A stretch of DNA of 64,000 nt, from the NCBI GenBank assembly GCA_016703025.1, contig JADJCV010000004.1:1775412-1839411 (forward strand), written 5' to 3'. Each line of letters begins with the position of its first letter. The stretch's first letter is position 1. The position numbers were made by a program, and so were the translations under genes. This document shows positions 38,173-50,196 of this stretch, piece after piece. Source of the stretch: Candidatus Avedoeria danica. GTDB taxonomy: Bacteria; Chloroflexota; Anaerolineae; Epilineales; Epilineaceae. Under the pieces are notes generated by a model that was given only the letters and a program-made list of their open reading frames with translations, did not search any database and was not told the DNA's origin.

Positions 38173-41103
38173 CTAACGCAGTCGGGGCGGACGCCGGACG
38201 GTGAATGCGCGCACGACGAGCGGCAAGTAGACCCGCGGCCCGTGCTCGGGCGAGAGCCCGAACAGGACGGTCGTCGTCGTCCCGTCCGTGACGAAGGCGC
38301 CCTGTTCGGCCGGGCCGGTGACCACCCAGCCGGAGGGCGGCGCGACGCTCACGAAGAAGACGCCGGTCGGGAGGGTCGCACAGACAGGACGGTCCTCGCG
38401 GCTGCGGAGCTGCCGGTAGGTCGTGTGGCGGTCCGTCAGCACGTCGATGAGGACGTCGCTCTGCGCCGCCTCACCGGCGTCGCGGAAGCCGTCGCGGTTG
38501 CGGTCGTCGAACACGTCGACGCAGACCGTTCCTTGCGGGCCGTTCACGGTGGGTTCGGGCGTCGGCGAGAGGGTCGGGGCGCGCGTCGGCGGGAGCGTCG
38601 GGCCGCGGGTGGGCGTGGCGGTCGGACGCGGCGGGCTCGGCGTCGCGCTGGGCGTCGTCGGCGCGCGGGCGCCGAAGGCGAACGTCACGGACGCTTCGGC
38701 CATCGGTGCGCTGAAGTCGTATGCCCGCGCTCCGGAGGCCACGAGGTTGCGCGGCAGCTCGACGAGCTCGAGGCGGTAGGCGCCGTCCGCGAGGCCGCTC
38801 CAGCAATGATCGGGATCGTTCGAGCCGTCCGTCGTCCACGTGATGAAGACGCCCGAGAGCTGGTGCGTCAGCCGAAGCGTTGCCCCGGCCAGGAACCGCT
38901 CGCCGGCGTCGCGCCGGCCGTCGCCGTTGCGGTCGTCGAAGGCGATGATGCACGCCTGGCGGCCGGTAAACGTGGCGGGATCGCGCGTCGGGGTCGGCGG
39001 CCCGCTTGGCGTGTGGGTGGCCGTCACGCCGGGCGGCGTCGGCGTGGCGGAAGGGGTGCGCGGATCGACGGTCGGGCCGTCGGTCGGCGGCGGGACGGTC
39101 GGTTCGGGCGGTCGGGTCGGAGTGGCGCTCGGCGTCGCACTGGGCGTTTGGGCGAGGGCGGTCAGGGCGAGCCACGTGGCCGTGGCGCCCGGCCCTGCCG
39201 ACGCCGTGACGGCCGGCGCCGCGGTCATCGTCGCAATCCAGGCCGAGGTAGCGGTCGCGGCGGCAGCCGTCAGGGTCGGTCCGGCGATGACCGTCGCGGC
39301 GACCTCGGTGCGGAACGCCGCGATCGTGGCCGTGGCGCCGGCGACGGCGGTGGCGGTCTGGGCGATCGGCGGGACCGTGGCCGACGGCGTCGGGGACACG
39401 GACGGCGTCGGCGACAGCGTCGGCACGGCCGAGACCGTCGCGATCGATGTGGACGGCGCTGTGGCGGTGATCGACGGCGTGGCGCTCGAGCCGCCGCCCG
39501 TCGTCGGCGACGTCGGCGGCGTCGGCGACGCGGTCGGGACAGGGGTCAGCGTGGCGGCGAGGCCGATCGCGTAGCTGACGACGAGCGCCGGGCCGCTGGC
39601 GGGATCCGGCGGGGAGGGCTCGCGGTTGTAGACGTCGACGCCGGAGTGCCACGCCGCCAGGTTGTTCTCGTCGGGCAGCGGACCGTCGACCCGGAACGAG
39701 GCGCGGCCCGTCCCGTCGACGCGCGCCTCGAGGAGCGGCAGCTGCGCCGGCGCGAACCCGAACGCGTTCTTCCGCCCGGGCAGGAGGTCGGTCTCCTCGA
39801 GCGAGAGCCCGATCTGGGCCGCGATGGCCGCCGTGCTGACGGTCGTGAACGTGGCATCGCGCCAGCCCGCATCGATCTGCTCGTTCAGCAGGGCGAGCTT
39901 CCACTCGCCGGTCTTCAGGAACTCGTTCGTCTGGCCGATGAGCTCGACGCGCGCGCCAAGGATGTTCGCCTCGGGCGGGATCTCGGACAGATCGAACTGG
40001 ATCATCCCGTAGTGCGGGTTGTCGCCGCGGCCCCACATGCCGGCGTAGATCGAGGCGTAACCCAGGTGGTTCTTCCGGTCGCGCTGCGCCGAGACCTTGG
40101 GCACGTAACCGACGTCGGCGGGCGCGGGCCGGAGCGTGATCGTGTCGAACGACTGGGCGGGCGGCGGCGTCGGCGTCACCGTCGGCGGCGGGCCGGCGTA
40201 CGTCGGCAGCGGCGTCGGGGTGACGGTGGCGTTGCCCGCCAGCCACTGGGCGGCGTCGGTGTACTCCGTCTTGCAGTCGCGCGGGCAATACTTCACGGTC
40301 ACCGTCGCGCGGTCGACGACCTTGATGATCCCTTGCGCCTGGTTCGATTCCTGCGTCGAGAACCGCAGCGGCTGGACCGCCCGGAACAGCGGGAACGATG
40401 CGGCGTCCTCGACGAGCTCGACGAGGATGCCGACCGGATCGGCGTCGCTGACGACGCGAACGGTGATCCGGTCCTTCTTGGAGGCGTCGAGGTTCGCCGC
40501 CGGGTCGCGCGCCGTGATGTCCGCCTGCGCCGCAGCGCCGTAATAAACGTCGGCGTCGAAGGCGACGTAGAGGCCGACGTACCACTCGATTCCGGCGCCG
40601 ATGCCCGAGAACGGACCCTCGGGCCAAACCGCCGACGTGTAGTACGGGCTGCCGCCGGGCGGAATGCCGTTCTTCTTCTCGAACGTGATCGTCTCACAGC
40701 CCACACCACTGTACACGATGCCGTCGGGGTGGTTGACGAACTGCCGGCCGCCGCCCGAGTCCTTGACGAACACGCGGACGAGGTCCTCGAACGAGTGGCA
40801 GTAGATGATGTGGACGGTGTCCGTGCCCGCCGGGAACTCGGTGACGCCGGGGCCCTGCATGCAGTGGTTGTCGTCCAGCTGGGCCTGGTAGGTCTCGTCG
40901 CACATGTGGAGGTGCCAGGCCGGCGTGATGACCGGGGTCGTGCAGTACGGCGGGCAGGCCTGCGCGGCGGCGCGCGGCGGCACGGCCGTGGACACGACGT
41001 CCAGCACGAACAGCAGCGCCGACACCGCAATGCACAGGCCGAGCGGCCCGAGGCGGCGTGCGGCGCTCCGCAGGGGGGCGGAGGGCTGCGGGAAGGTTGC
41101 CAT
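38173..41103 (-). CDS. Large secreted multidomain protein with a Cys-rich N-terminal domain, the shared ~150-aa module, Pro/Thr/Ala linkers and two SdrD-B-like Ca-binding domains
   Basis: Signal peptide, then ..MIQFDLSEIPPEANILGARVELIGQ.., which matches the module in the S8 protein. Two C-terminal FDDRN[GR]DG[RF]RDAGE repeats follow. Confidence 0.75.
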   Translation of the reverse strand: MATFPQPSAPLRSAARRLGPLGLCIAVSALLFVLDVVSTAVPPRAAAQACPPYCTTPVITPAWHLHMCDETYQAQLDDNHCMQGPGVTEFPAGTDTVHIIYCHSFEDLVRVFVKDSGGGRQFVNHPDGIVYSGVGCETITFEKKNGIPPGGSPYYTSAVWPEGPFSGIGAGIEWYVGLYVAFDADVYYGAAAQADITARDPAANLDASKKDRITVRVVSDADPVGILVELVEDAASFPLFRAVQPLRFSTQESNQAQGIIKVVDRATVTVKYCPRDCKTEYTDAAQWLAGNATVTPTPLPTYAGPPPTVTPTPPPAQSFDTITLRPAPADVGYVPKVSAQRDRKNHLGYASIYAGMWGRGDNPHYGMIQFDLSEIPPEANILGARVELIGQTNEFLKTGEWKLALLNEQIDAGWRDATFTTVSTAAIAAQIGLSLEETDLLPGRKNAFGFAPAQLPLLEARVDGTGRASFRVDGPLPDENNLAAWHSGVDVYNREPSPPDPASGPALVVSYAIGLAATLTPVPTASPTPPTSPTTGGGSSATPSITATAPSTSIATVSAVPTLSPTPSVSPTPSATVPPIAQTATAVAGATATIAAFRTEVAATVIAGPTLTAAAATATSAWIATMTAAPAVTASAGPGATATWLALTALAQTPSATPSATPTRPPEPTVPPPTDGPTVDPRTPSATPTPPGVTATHTPSGPPTPTRDPATFTGRQACIIAFDDRNGDGRRDAGERFLAGATLRLTHQLSGVFITWTTDGSNDPDHCWSGLADGAYRLELVELPRNLVASGARAYDFSAPMAEASVTFAFGARAPTTPSATPSPPRPTATPTRGPTLPPTRAPTLSPTPEPTVNGPQGTVCVDVFDDRNRDGFRDAGEAAQSDVLIDVLTDRHTTYRQLRSREDRPVCATLPTGVFFVSVAPPSGWVVTGPAEQGAFVTDGTTTTVLFGLSPEHGPRVYLPLVVRAFTVRRPPRLR

Positions 41104-41158
41104 GGCTCGCGGGTTGAGACGTGCAGGACGGCGCCGGCGTTACGGTCAGCCGATGGAC

Positions 41159-41229
41159 GGATCGGGTGAGGGATCGGGGGAGGGATCGGGGAGGGATCGG
41201 GTGAGGGATCGGGTGAGGGATCGGGCAAA
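41159..41229. repeat. Tandem array of 6 copies of a 12-bp unit GGATCGGG(T/G)GAG
   Basis: Copies start at 41159, 41171, 41183, 41194, 41206 and 41218. The array lies in the divergent intergenic region between the 976-aa gene and clpC. Confidence 0.8.
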
Positions 41230-41263
41230 TGATCTATCGCGTCTCTGATACGGCGCGGCGACG

Positions 41264-41300
41264 TCTTCATTGGCGGGCCGTCTGGCCGCCGCTTATACTT
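41264..41300 (+). promoter_or_regulatory. Candidate clpC promoter (-35 TTGGCG, 17-nt spacer GGCCGTCTGGCCGCCGC, -10 TTATACT)
   Basis: Hexamers read about 40 nt upstream of the clpC start. The spacer is a partial palindrome. Confidence 0.3.
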
Positions 41301-41335
41301 GCGGCCAGTGCGATCAAGTGAGGAGACGCCCGAAC

Positions 41336-43834
<2,499 letters not shown>

Positions 43835-43837
<3 letters not shown>

Positions 43838-44111
43838 TACCCCGCCACTGGACATGCCTGGGGTGCCCGACAGCGTACGGAGGCCGGAGATTCTGCAGTG
43901 GCAGGGCACTAGTACTCCACCACTGAACATGCTCGTGGCGGCCACCAGAGTAGGGAACCCCTAGAATCCACAGTGGTGGAGTACTCGGAGCACTTGGCGC
44001 GCAGTTTGCGGCGGTGGTCCTGCACGTACGCCAGGGAATCGATCACAGTACGATCGATCACGGTACGCATGTGGAGTTGGTGCAAGATCACAGTGATCTT
44101 GGGTCAACTCC
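43835..44111. repeat. Lower-GC noncoding island holding a duplicated ~75-bp element, a 15-bp tandem direct repeat and a 39-bp perfect palindrome
   Basis: Element copies at 43835-43905 and 43909-43984, each reading CTAGTAC(T)CC(G/A)CCACTG(G/A)ACATGC ... CAGTGG. The second carries the 12-bp inverted repeat ACTCCACCACTG/CAGTGGTGGAGT. Direct repeat ATCGATCAC(A/G)GTACG x2 at 44039-44068. Palindrome GGAGTTGGTGCAAGATCACAGTGATCTTGGGTCAACTCC at 44073-44111. Confidence 0.6.
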
Positions 44112-44187
44112 ACGTGCCGTTTCTAGGGCGACATCCCACCGCGGTCTGCGTCGATATGCTGCGGGCTCACCGAATCGCCTACCGCCC

Positions 44188-45339
44188 CTACCGCCTCTCC
44201 CGCCCCTCCTCGACCACCTCGTGCTCGATGTCCACCCCCCCGCGCCGTCGCCCCCGCAGCCCGCGCGCGATCCGCGGCCCGGTGGGCTCGGGCGCGCGGC
44301 CGAGGAGGTAGCCGAGGCCGGTGACGACGGCGGCGCCGGCGACGACGGCGAGCCAGGCGAGGAGCGGCGTGCTGTCGCCCCCGCCCAGTCCGCCGAGCGC
44401 CGCGGTGAGGCGGTTCACCACGTCGCGCGCCATTCCCGCGACCGCGCCTCCGCCGGTGCCGCCGCCGCCCATCTCCGAGGCCGGCGCGGACGCAGCGACG
44501 AGGCTGTCGGACTGGGCGGTGACGCCGTCCGCCGTCGCTTCGGGCGGTCCGTCGTTGACGATCACGTTGACCGGGGCGTCGAGAACGACGTCGTGCTCCA
44601 CCCCATCGGCCGTGGTCACGGACGATGCGCCGGCGTTCAGCGTCAGCTCGGCGCTGCCGGCGGTCAGGGCCGCGAACGTGACGGTGGCGATGTTGGGGGT
44701 ACCGGTGGACAGCTGGGAAGGGTCGGTGGCGGTCAGCACCAAGGAAAGGCGCAGGCGGCCCGGCTCGAGGCGGTGCTTGAAGTCCGCTTGCGCGCCGCTC
44801 ATGGTCAGCAACGGGTCGACGGTGATCGCGGTCACCGCCACGCGGTCGGCGTCGAAGTGGAGGTCGAGCGCAACGCGCTGCACGGGCGCATCCGGCGACT
44901 GCAGCGCGACCGACACCGCTCGACCGCCCTCGGCCGCCAACATGAGCATCGTCGGCGAGAGCATGACGCGAACGGCGGCCGCGTCGCCGGCCGGGGCCTC
45001 TTCCGTGGCCGCATCCCCGGCGGCGCCGGCCTGCCCCGTGAACGGGGCTCCGAGGCCGGATGTCGGGTCGGTCGTCGGCACTCCGAACGGCATGCCGCCG
45101 AACGCGGGCGTCGGGACGCCGTACGGCGCCCCGCCGACGCCGAGGCCGTTCGGCGCCCCATCGCCGGACGGCGGCGGGTAGCTGCTGCCGGGCAGGTTCA
45201 GCGGCGCCTGGGCATCCGCCGTCGCGCGCGTGCCGACGGCGACGAGCACCGCCAGGCACACCACTGCGAACAGGAACGGCCGCCCGGCCACCCGTCGCTC
45301 GTCGGACGAAGGCGCCGGCCTAACGGGATCGGATCGCAT
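44188..45339 (-). CDS. Membrane-anchored protein with cohesin-like domain and Gly/Pro-rich N-terminal region
   Basis: N-terminal TM or signal segment, then a beta-domain (..VALDLHFDADRVAVTAITV..ATVTFAALTAGSAELTL..), a C-terminal TM helix and a basic tail. Confidence 0.5.
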   Translation of the reverse strand: MRSDPVRPAPSSDERRVAGRPFLFAVVCLAVLVAVGTRATADAQAPLNLPGSSYPPPSGDGAPNGLGVGGAPYGVPTPAFGGMPFGVPTTDPTSGLGAPFTGQAGAAGDAATEEAPAGDAAAVRVMLSPTMLMLAAEGGRAVSVALQSPDAPVQRVALDLHFDADRVAVTAITVDPLLTMSGAQADFKHRLEPGRLRLSLVLTATDPSQLSTGTPNIATVTFAALTAGSAELTLNAGASSVTTADGVEHDVVLDAPVNVIVNDGPPEATADGVTAQSDSLVAASAPASEMGGGGTGGGAVAGMARDVVNRLTAALGGLGGGDSTPLLAWLAVVAGAAVVTGLGYLLGRAPEPTGPRIARGLRGRRRGGVDIEHEVVEEGRERR

Positions 45340-45922
45340 ACGGCAGGTAGATGTGCGGCTGCGGCACCGGCGTCGGCTCGATGATCGCGAACTCGGCGGC
45401 CTCGAGATCGGCTGCGATCGGCTCGTTGGCGGTGTTCGTCAGGAGGAGCTGCCGGAGGACGACGACCGCCTGACCGGGTGCGATCGCCCGGAAGCGGAGC
45501 GTGGCCAGGTCGCCGTTGCCGCCGACACCGGGGACCGACGAGCCCGGCGGCTGCGGCAGCGTGTACACCAGGAAGTCGATCGAGTGGTCCGTCACGCGCG
45601 GCGGGATCGTCTCGATCTGACGGCCCGTCGTGCCGAGCCAGTCCGTCGGCTCGACGGCCTCGAGCTCGACGAGCGCCTCGTCCCAGTCGATGCCGGCCTG
45701 GTAGCCGGCCAAGTCGGTCACCCCGCTCACGCCGAGCGTCAGCGTGACCCAGCCGCCCGGGGCGATGCTCTGCTCCGACGGGGTCAGCCGTGCCGTCGCA
45801 CCCTGCGCCGTTGCCGCCGGCACGACGTGCAGCAGCAGGGCGAGCGCCACGCCAACGACACCGAGGCACGCGGCGTGCGCGGCCCGGTTCGAAGCGGAAG
45901 AGGCGGGGGTCTGTGGCTCCAT
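45320..45922 (-). CDS. Secreted cohesin-like domain protein
   Basis: Inferred start MEPQTPASS.. with a signal peptide. Cohesin-like segment ..APGGWVTLTLGVSGVTDLAGYQAGIDWDEALVELEAVE..LATLRFRAIAPGQAVVVL. Confidence 0.5.
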   Translation of the reverse strand: MEPQTPASSASNRAAHAACLGVVGVALALLLHVVPAATAQGATARLTPSEQSIAPGGWVTLTLGVSGVTDLAGYQAGIDWDEALVELEAVEPTDWLGTTGRQIETIPPRVTDHSIDFLVYTLPQPPGSSVPGVGGNGDLATLRFRAIAPGQAVVVLRQLLLTNTANEPIAADLEAAEFAIIEPTPVPQPHIYLPYAIRSR

Positions 45923-46063
45923 CGGCGCCGGCGATTGTAGTGGGGCGGCGGAGACAGGGGCAAGCGCCGATCGGGTGGCTCGCCGTCGCGCCGCTTCGTC
46001 GTCGCCCTTCGGTGCGCTATGCTCCGGCGCGCTGCGCGACACCCCCAGCCGGAGAATCGCCCG

Positions 46064-46843
46064 ATGCGGATCCTCTTCACCCTGATCACCACCGCGGCCG
46101 TGGCGGCGCTCGCGGCGTCGACGGCGGGCTGCAACGCCGGCGGCGCGGACGGAGACGGTGCGCACGACGTCGGCACCACGGTCGGCGACCGGTCGACGGC
46201 GGGCGTGCCGGCGGATGCGATCGGCGGCGCACCCGGCATCGTCGATGACGGCGGATCTCCTTCCGCTGCGCAGCCGGAGGCGGCGGCTGCGGTGAACGAC
46301 TTCGCGGCAGCCGAGGGCATCGAGCCGGGGTCGGTGACGGTGGTGGAGGTCAAGCCGGTCACGTGGCCCGACAGCGCACTCGGCTGTCCGTCGCCCGGCG
46401 AGATGTACACGCAGGCGCTCGTGCCGGGCTACGAGGTCCGGCTCAGCGCCGGCAACAAGACGGGGGTCTACCACACGAACCGCGGCAAGAGCGGTGCGAT
46501 CGCCATCCGTCGCTGCGGTGCGGCGACGATCGCGTCAAGCGACGATCCCGTCGTGCTCACCCGGATCCGCGCGGACCTCGCCGGCCGGATCGCACCGGGC
46601 ACCCCCGTGGTTCTCGAGCGCAGCGGGCCGGTGGCGGCGACGACCCTCGTCTGCCCGGGCACGCCGGATGCGCCGGCCGATCCGAGCGCACCGACGCTGC
46701 AGTTGGCCGTGTCGGAAGCGCTGTTCCGCGTCGGGTCGGATCGACATGCCTACCGGGTGTGGAATGGGCAGTTCATCTACTGCGGGATCGCGCCGCCCGC
46801 CGAACCGGTCGGCGCCGGAACGCCGACGGTGGCGACGTCGTAG
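46064..46843 (+). CDS. Lipoprotein of unknown function
   Basis: MRILFTLITTAAVAALAASTAGC lipobox. Confidence 0.55.
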   Translation: MRILFTLITTAAVAALAASTAGCNAGGADGDGAHDVGTTVGDRSTAGVPADAIGGAPGIVDDGGSPSAAQPEAAAAVNDFAAAEGIEPGSVTVVEVKPVTWPDSALGCPSPGEMYTQALVPGYEVRLSAGNKTGVYHTNRGKSGAIAIRRCGAATIASSDDPVVLTRIRADLAGRIAPGTPVVLERSGPVAATTLVCPGTPDAPADPSAPTLQLAVSEALFRVGSDRHAYRVWNGQFIYCGIAPPAEPVGAGTPTVATS

Positions 46844-46885
46844 GACCGGCCGTGGAATCCCCACCGCCGGCGGCAAGCGGCCGGA

Positions 46886-47536
46886 TCATCCGTCGAGGTC
46901 GATCAGCCCGCGCCGGATCGCCACGCGCACGAGATCGACGAGGTTGTGGACGTCGAGCTTGGCCATGAGCTGCGTGCGGTGGCGTTCGACGGTCTTGATG
47001 CTGATCGCGAGCGCATCCGCGATCGCGCGGTTCGTGTGCCCGTGGCCGATCAGGCGCAGCACCTCCTGCTCCCGCTGCGTGAGCGTCGCCGGGACGGTTT
47101 CCGCCGCGGCGCCGGCGGCCGGGTACGGCGCGGTCAGGAGCGCGGCCGAGACCGCCGGGCTGAGGTAGGTTCCGCCGCGGCGGGCGGCGCGGATCGCCAG
47201 GAGCAGTTCGTCCGTGACGGAGTCCTTGAGCACGTAACCACGCGCCCCGTTGGCCAGCGCGCGGCGGGCCAGCGCCTCCTCCGCGTGCATCGTCAGGACG
47301 ACGACGGCGGTCGGGATGCCCAGCGCCGTGACCTGGGCCGCGGCCTCGAGACCGGACAACCCGGGCATGCTGATGTCCGTCACGAGGACGTCGGGGGACA
47401 GCGCCTTGACCATGGCCAGCGCCGACGCACCGTCACCGGCCTCGCCCACGACCTCGATGTCGTCCGACTTGTCGAGCAGCGCGTGGATGCCCTCGCGTAC
47501 CAGCCGATGGTCGTCGGCGATCACGACCCGGATCAT
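46886..47536 (-). CDS. NarL/FixJ-family response regulator (REC + LuxR-type HTH)
   Basis: MIRVVIADDH.., DVLVTDISMPG, and C-terminal LTQREQEVLRLIGHGHTNRAIADALAISIKTVERH. Confidence 0.85.
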   Translation of the reverse strand: MIRVVIADDHRLVREGIHALLDKSDDIEVVGEAGDGASALAMVKALSPDVLVTDISMPGLSGLEAAAQVTALGIPTAVVVLTMHAEEALARRALANGARGYVLKDSVTDELLLAIRAARRGGTYLSPAVSAALLTAPYPAAGAAAETVPATLTQREQEVLRLIGHGHTNRAIADALAISIKTVERHRTQLMAKLDVHNLVDLVRVAIRRGLIDLDG

Positions 47537-47642
47537 CCGCTCACCTCTTCCGTGATTGACCGTCCGCTCATCGATCCGCTCATCGAAACGGACTGTCCGG
47601 TCATCGAAGCACCGTCCGCACATCGAAACGGGATAGGCGGCT

Positions 47643-48821
47643 TCACGTGGAGCCGCCTTCCGCCCGATCCGGCGCCACCGGCGCCTTCGGCGGGCCGAAG
47701 GGCAGCGTTGCCACCAGCCGTGCGCCGGCGGCGGCGCGGCTGTCGATCGTGAGGTCGCCGCCGAGGAGCTCGAGCCGCTCGCGCATCCCGACCAACCCGA
47801 GACCGTCGCCGGTCCGCTCGCCGCGCGCGTCGGGCGCAAACCCGACGCCGTCGTCCGCGACGGTCACGTGGACGAGGTCATGCTCATGGCCGAACGTCAC
47901 CAGGACGTTGGCGGCCTGGGCGTGGCGAGCGACGTTCGTCAGCGCTTCCTGGACGAAGCGGTAGAGGCTGATGCTGGCCGCGTCCTGCAGCGGCACGCGG
48001 TCGGCGGCCGGCGCGGCGCGGAACTCGATCCGCAGGCCCGTCCGCTGGGCGAACGTCCGGCAGTGGTCTTCGATCGTGGCCACGACGCCGAGCGCATCCA
48101 TCGCCGGCGGCCGGAGCCCGTGGGCCAGCGCACGGAGCGACTCGCGCGTGGAGTCGACGAGTCCGATCACGTCGTCGATCTCGCGCGCGACGCGGGTCAG
48201 GCGCGCCGGCAAGTCGTCACGAATCAGCTGAAGGCTGATCTTGAGCGCGGTGAGCGCCTGCCCGGCCTCGTCGTGCAGCTCCCGGCTGACCCGGTGCCGC
48301 TCCTCCTCCTGGGCCATCACGACCTGGCGGGCCAGCGTCTGGATGGCCGCCTCGGCCCGGCGGCGAGCGGTGACGTCGTGGGCATAGACGCGCACGACCA
48401 TTCGCTCGCCTTCCTGGGTGCGCGTGATCTGCTGTTCGAAGATCGCCGAGCCCGTGTCGACCTCGCGCCAGACCTTGTCCGTGGCGCCGCGCTCGAGCTG
48501 TGCGATGACGTCATCGATGCCGGCGAGGAACGGGTGCCGCTTGCCGCGATCGCCCAGCTCGGGCAACAGCGCGCCGGCCACCGGGTTGCAGTACGTCACG
48601 CGGCCGTCGCGGTCCGTTTCGATGACCAGGTTGGGGTTCTGCTCCGGGAACGTCGCCAGCCGCTCGAGCTTCGCGCGTTCGTGGGCATGCGTGGCCGCCG
48701 CCTCCTCGAGCGCGGCCAGTCGCTCGAGGAGCGCGCCGACGTCGACTTCGGCGCCGTCGTCGGCACCGCTCGGCGCCCCCATCGCCCTCTGTTCTGCGTT
48801 CATCCGTGCATTATGGCGCAT
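47643..48821 (-). CDS. Sensor histidine kinase (PAS + HisKA_3 + HATPase_c), partner of the NarL-type response regulator
   Basis: H-box ..RVSRELHDEAGQALTAL.., N-box ..VQEALTNVARHA.., and G-boxes DDGVGF..GLGLVGMRERLELLGG. Alternative start at 48803. Confidence 0.8.
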   Translation of the reverse strand: MRHNARMNAEQRAMGAPSGADDGAEVDVGALLERLAALEEAAATHAHERAKLERLATFPEQNPNLVIETDRDGRVTYCNPVAGALLPELGDRGKRHPFLAGIDDVIAQLERGATDKVWREVDTGSAIFEQQITRTQEGERMVVRVYAHDVTARRRAEAAIQTLARQVVMAQEEERHRVSRELHDEAGQALTALKISLQLIRDDLPARLTRVAREIDDVIGLVDSTRESLRALAHGLRPPAMDALGVVATIEDHCRTFAQRTGLRIEFRAAPAADRVPLQDAASISLYRFVQEALTNVARHAQAANVLVTFGHEHDLVHVTVADDGVGFAPDARGERTGDGLGLVGMRERLELLGGDLTIDSRAAAGARLVATLPFGPPKAPVAPDRAEGGST

Positions 48822-49974
48822 CGCTGCCCGGGCGCCGATACCCGGCGGTCGACTCGGTCCCGAGCGGCACGAAGCCCTCGCCGAGCACCTGGGCCACCGG
48901 CATGACGATGACGAACGCCTTCGGATCGGCCGCCTCGACACACGTGCGCAGCTGTGCGACCTCGGTCACGGTCAACGCGCACAGGAGCACCGAGCGGTCG
49001 GCGCCCGAGTACATGCCGGTGGCCGCCATGCCCGTCACGCCGCGGTGCATCTCGGTCATGATCCGCTGGCTGACCTCGGTCGCCCGGTCCGTGATGATCA
49101 GCGTCGTCAGCTCGGCGCGGCGGCGGCTGGGGCGGTACCACGCGCCCCGGTCGCTCATCGGCCCGGTCAGCTTGGACGATCCGCCGCCCTGGCCGCCCTT
49201 GCGCGCCGCGGTGCGCGCCCGGCCGAGCAACTGGCGCTCGACGAACCGCGGCAGCACCTCGCCGGCCGAGTCCTGCAGCTGGACCGTCCACAACCCAACC
49301 GCCCCGACGACGACGTAGAACGCCACGCCGAGGGCAATGACGACCTCGCCCGCCAGCGGTCCGAGCCGGGCGTTCCCGACGAACATGGTCCACGTCGTCG
49401 CCGGCTCGGGATGGAGCGAGACGCTCACGGCCCAGGCCATGGCCAGCAGGACGTAGATCAGCATGTAGTTGCGCCGGAAGCGGCGGCCGATCGCCTCCCA
49501 GTTCGAGATCGGGAACGACGGGTGGAGGAGGTTCTCCGCCAAGCTCTCGGCCCAATCGGGGGCCGGCCGAAACGGCGGGACGAGCATCGCCGCGAAGAAG
49601 TCCGTCTCGAGGAGCCGGACGCGGTACGCCCACATCTCGTAGTACCGGTAGCGGCGGGCCTCGATGAGCAGAAAGATCGTGATGAGCACGGTGTTCAAGA
49701 TGATCACGCCGTGGTCCTGCGGGCCGCGCGAGCTGAACGCGAACGAGATCGCGGCACCGGTGGCGATCACGGCCCAGTTCGTCGTCGTGTCGAGCCGCGT
49801 GCGCCACGTGTTCGATCGCTGCACCTCGGCGCGGAAGAAATGGACCATGGCCGTGTTGAACTCGGCCGAGCGCATCTCGTAGCCGCGGTACGTCCAGACG
49901 GCGTTCTCGGACGTCCGGCGGGCCGCAGCCTCCGGTGTGTCCGGCGTCGGATCGGACGGTTCGTCTGTCGCCAT
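48811..49974 (-). CDS. DUF2270-like membrane domain fused in frame to a DUF2179-like C-terminal domain
   Basis: N-terminal ..WTYRGYEMRSAEFNTAMVHFFRAEVQRSNTWRTRLDTTTNW.. (DUF2270-like, multiple TM helices) and C-terminal ..LIITDRATEVSQRIMTEMHRGVTGMAATGMYSGADRSVLLCALTVTEV.. (DUF2179-like). There is no stop codon between them. Confidence 0.5.
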   Translation of the reverse strand: MATDEPSDPTPDTPEAAARRTSENAVWTYRGYEMRSAEFNTAMVHFFRAEVQRSNTWRTRLDTTTNWAVIATGAAISFAFSSRGPQDHGVIILNTVLITIFLLIEARRYRYYEMWAYRVRLLETDFFAAMLVPPFRPAPDWAESLAENLLHPSFPISNWEAIGRRFRRNYMLIYVLLAMAWAVSVSLHPEPATTWTMFVGNARLGPLAGEVVIALGVAFYVVVGAVGLWTVQLQDSAGEVLPRFVERQLLGRARTAARKGGQGGGSSKLTGPMSDRGAWYRPSRRRAELTTLIITDRATEVSQRIMTEMHRGVTGMAATGMYSGADRSVLLCALTVTEVAQLRTCVEAADPKAFVIVMPVAQVLGEGFVPLGTESTAGYRRPGSDAP

Positions 49975-50196
49975 TCTCGGAACGTTCCCCCCTCGCACGC
50001 GGCACCGATGGGCACCGTCGCCGGTCCGCACGCGCGACGGTAGCGTAAGGCGGGCGGTGGGGCAACCCCTCCGACGGACATCTCCAGGGCGCCCGCCGCG
50101 TCTGCGGAAACGCACAGCTTCCCCCAATCCGCCCCGAGCCGCTACGATGCCTCCATCCACTGCCATCCGCTCGCCGTCCCAACTGCGAGAACCCCC

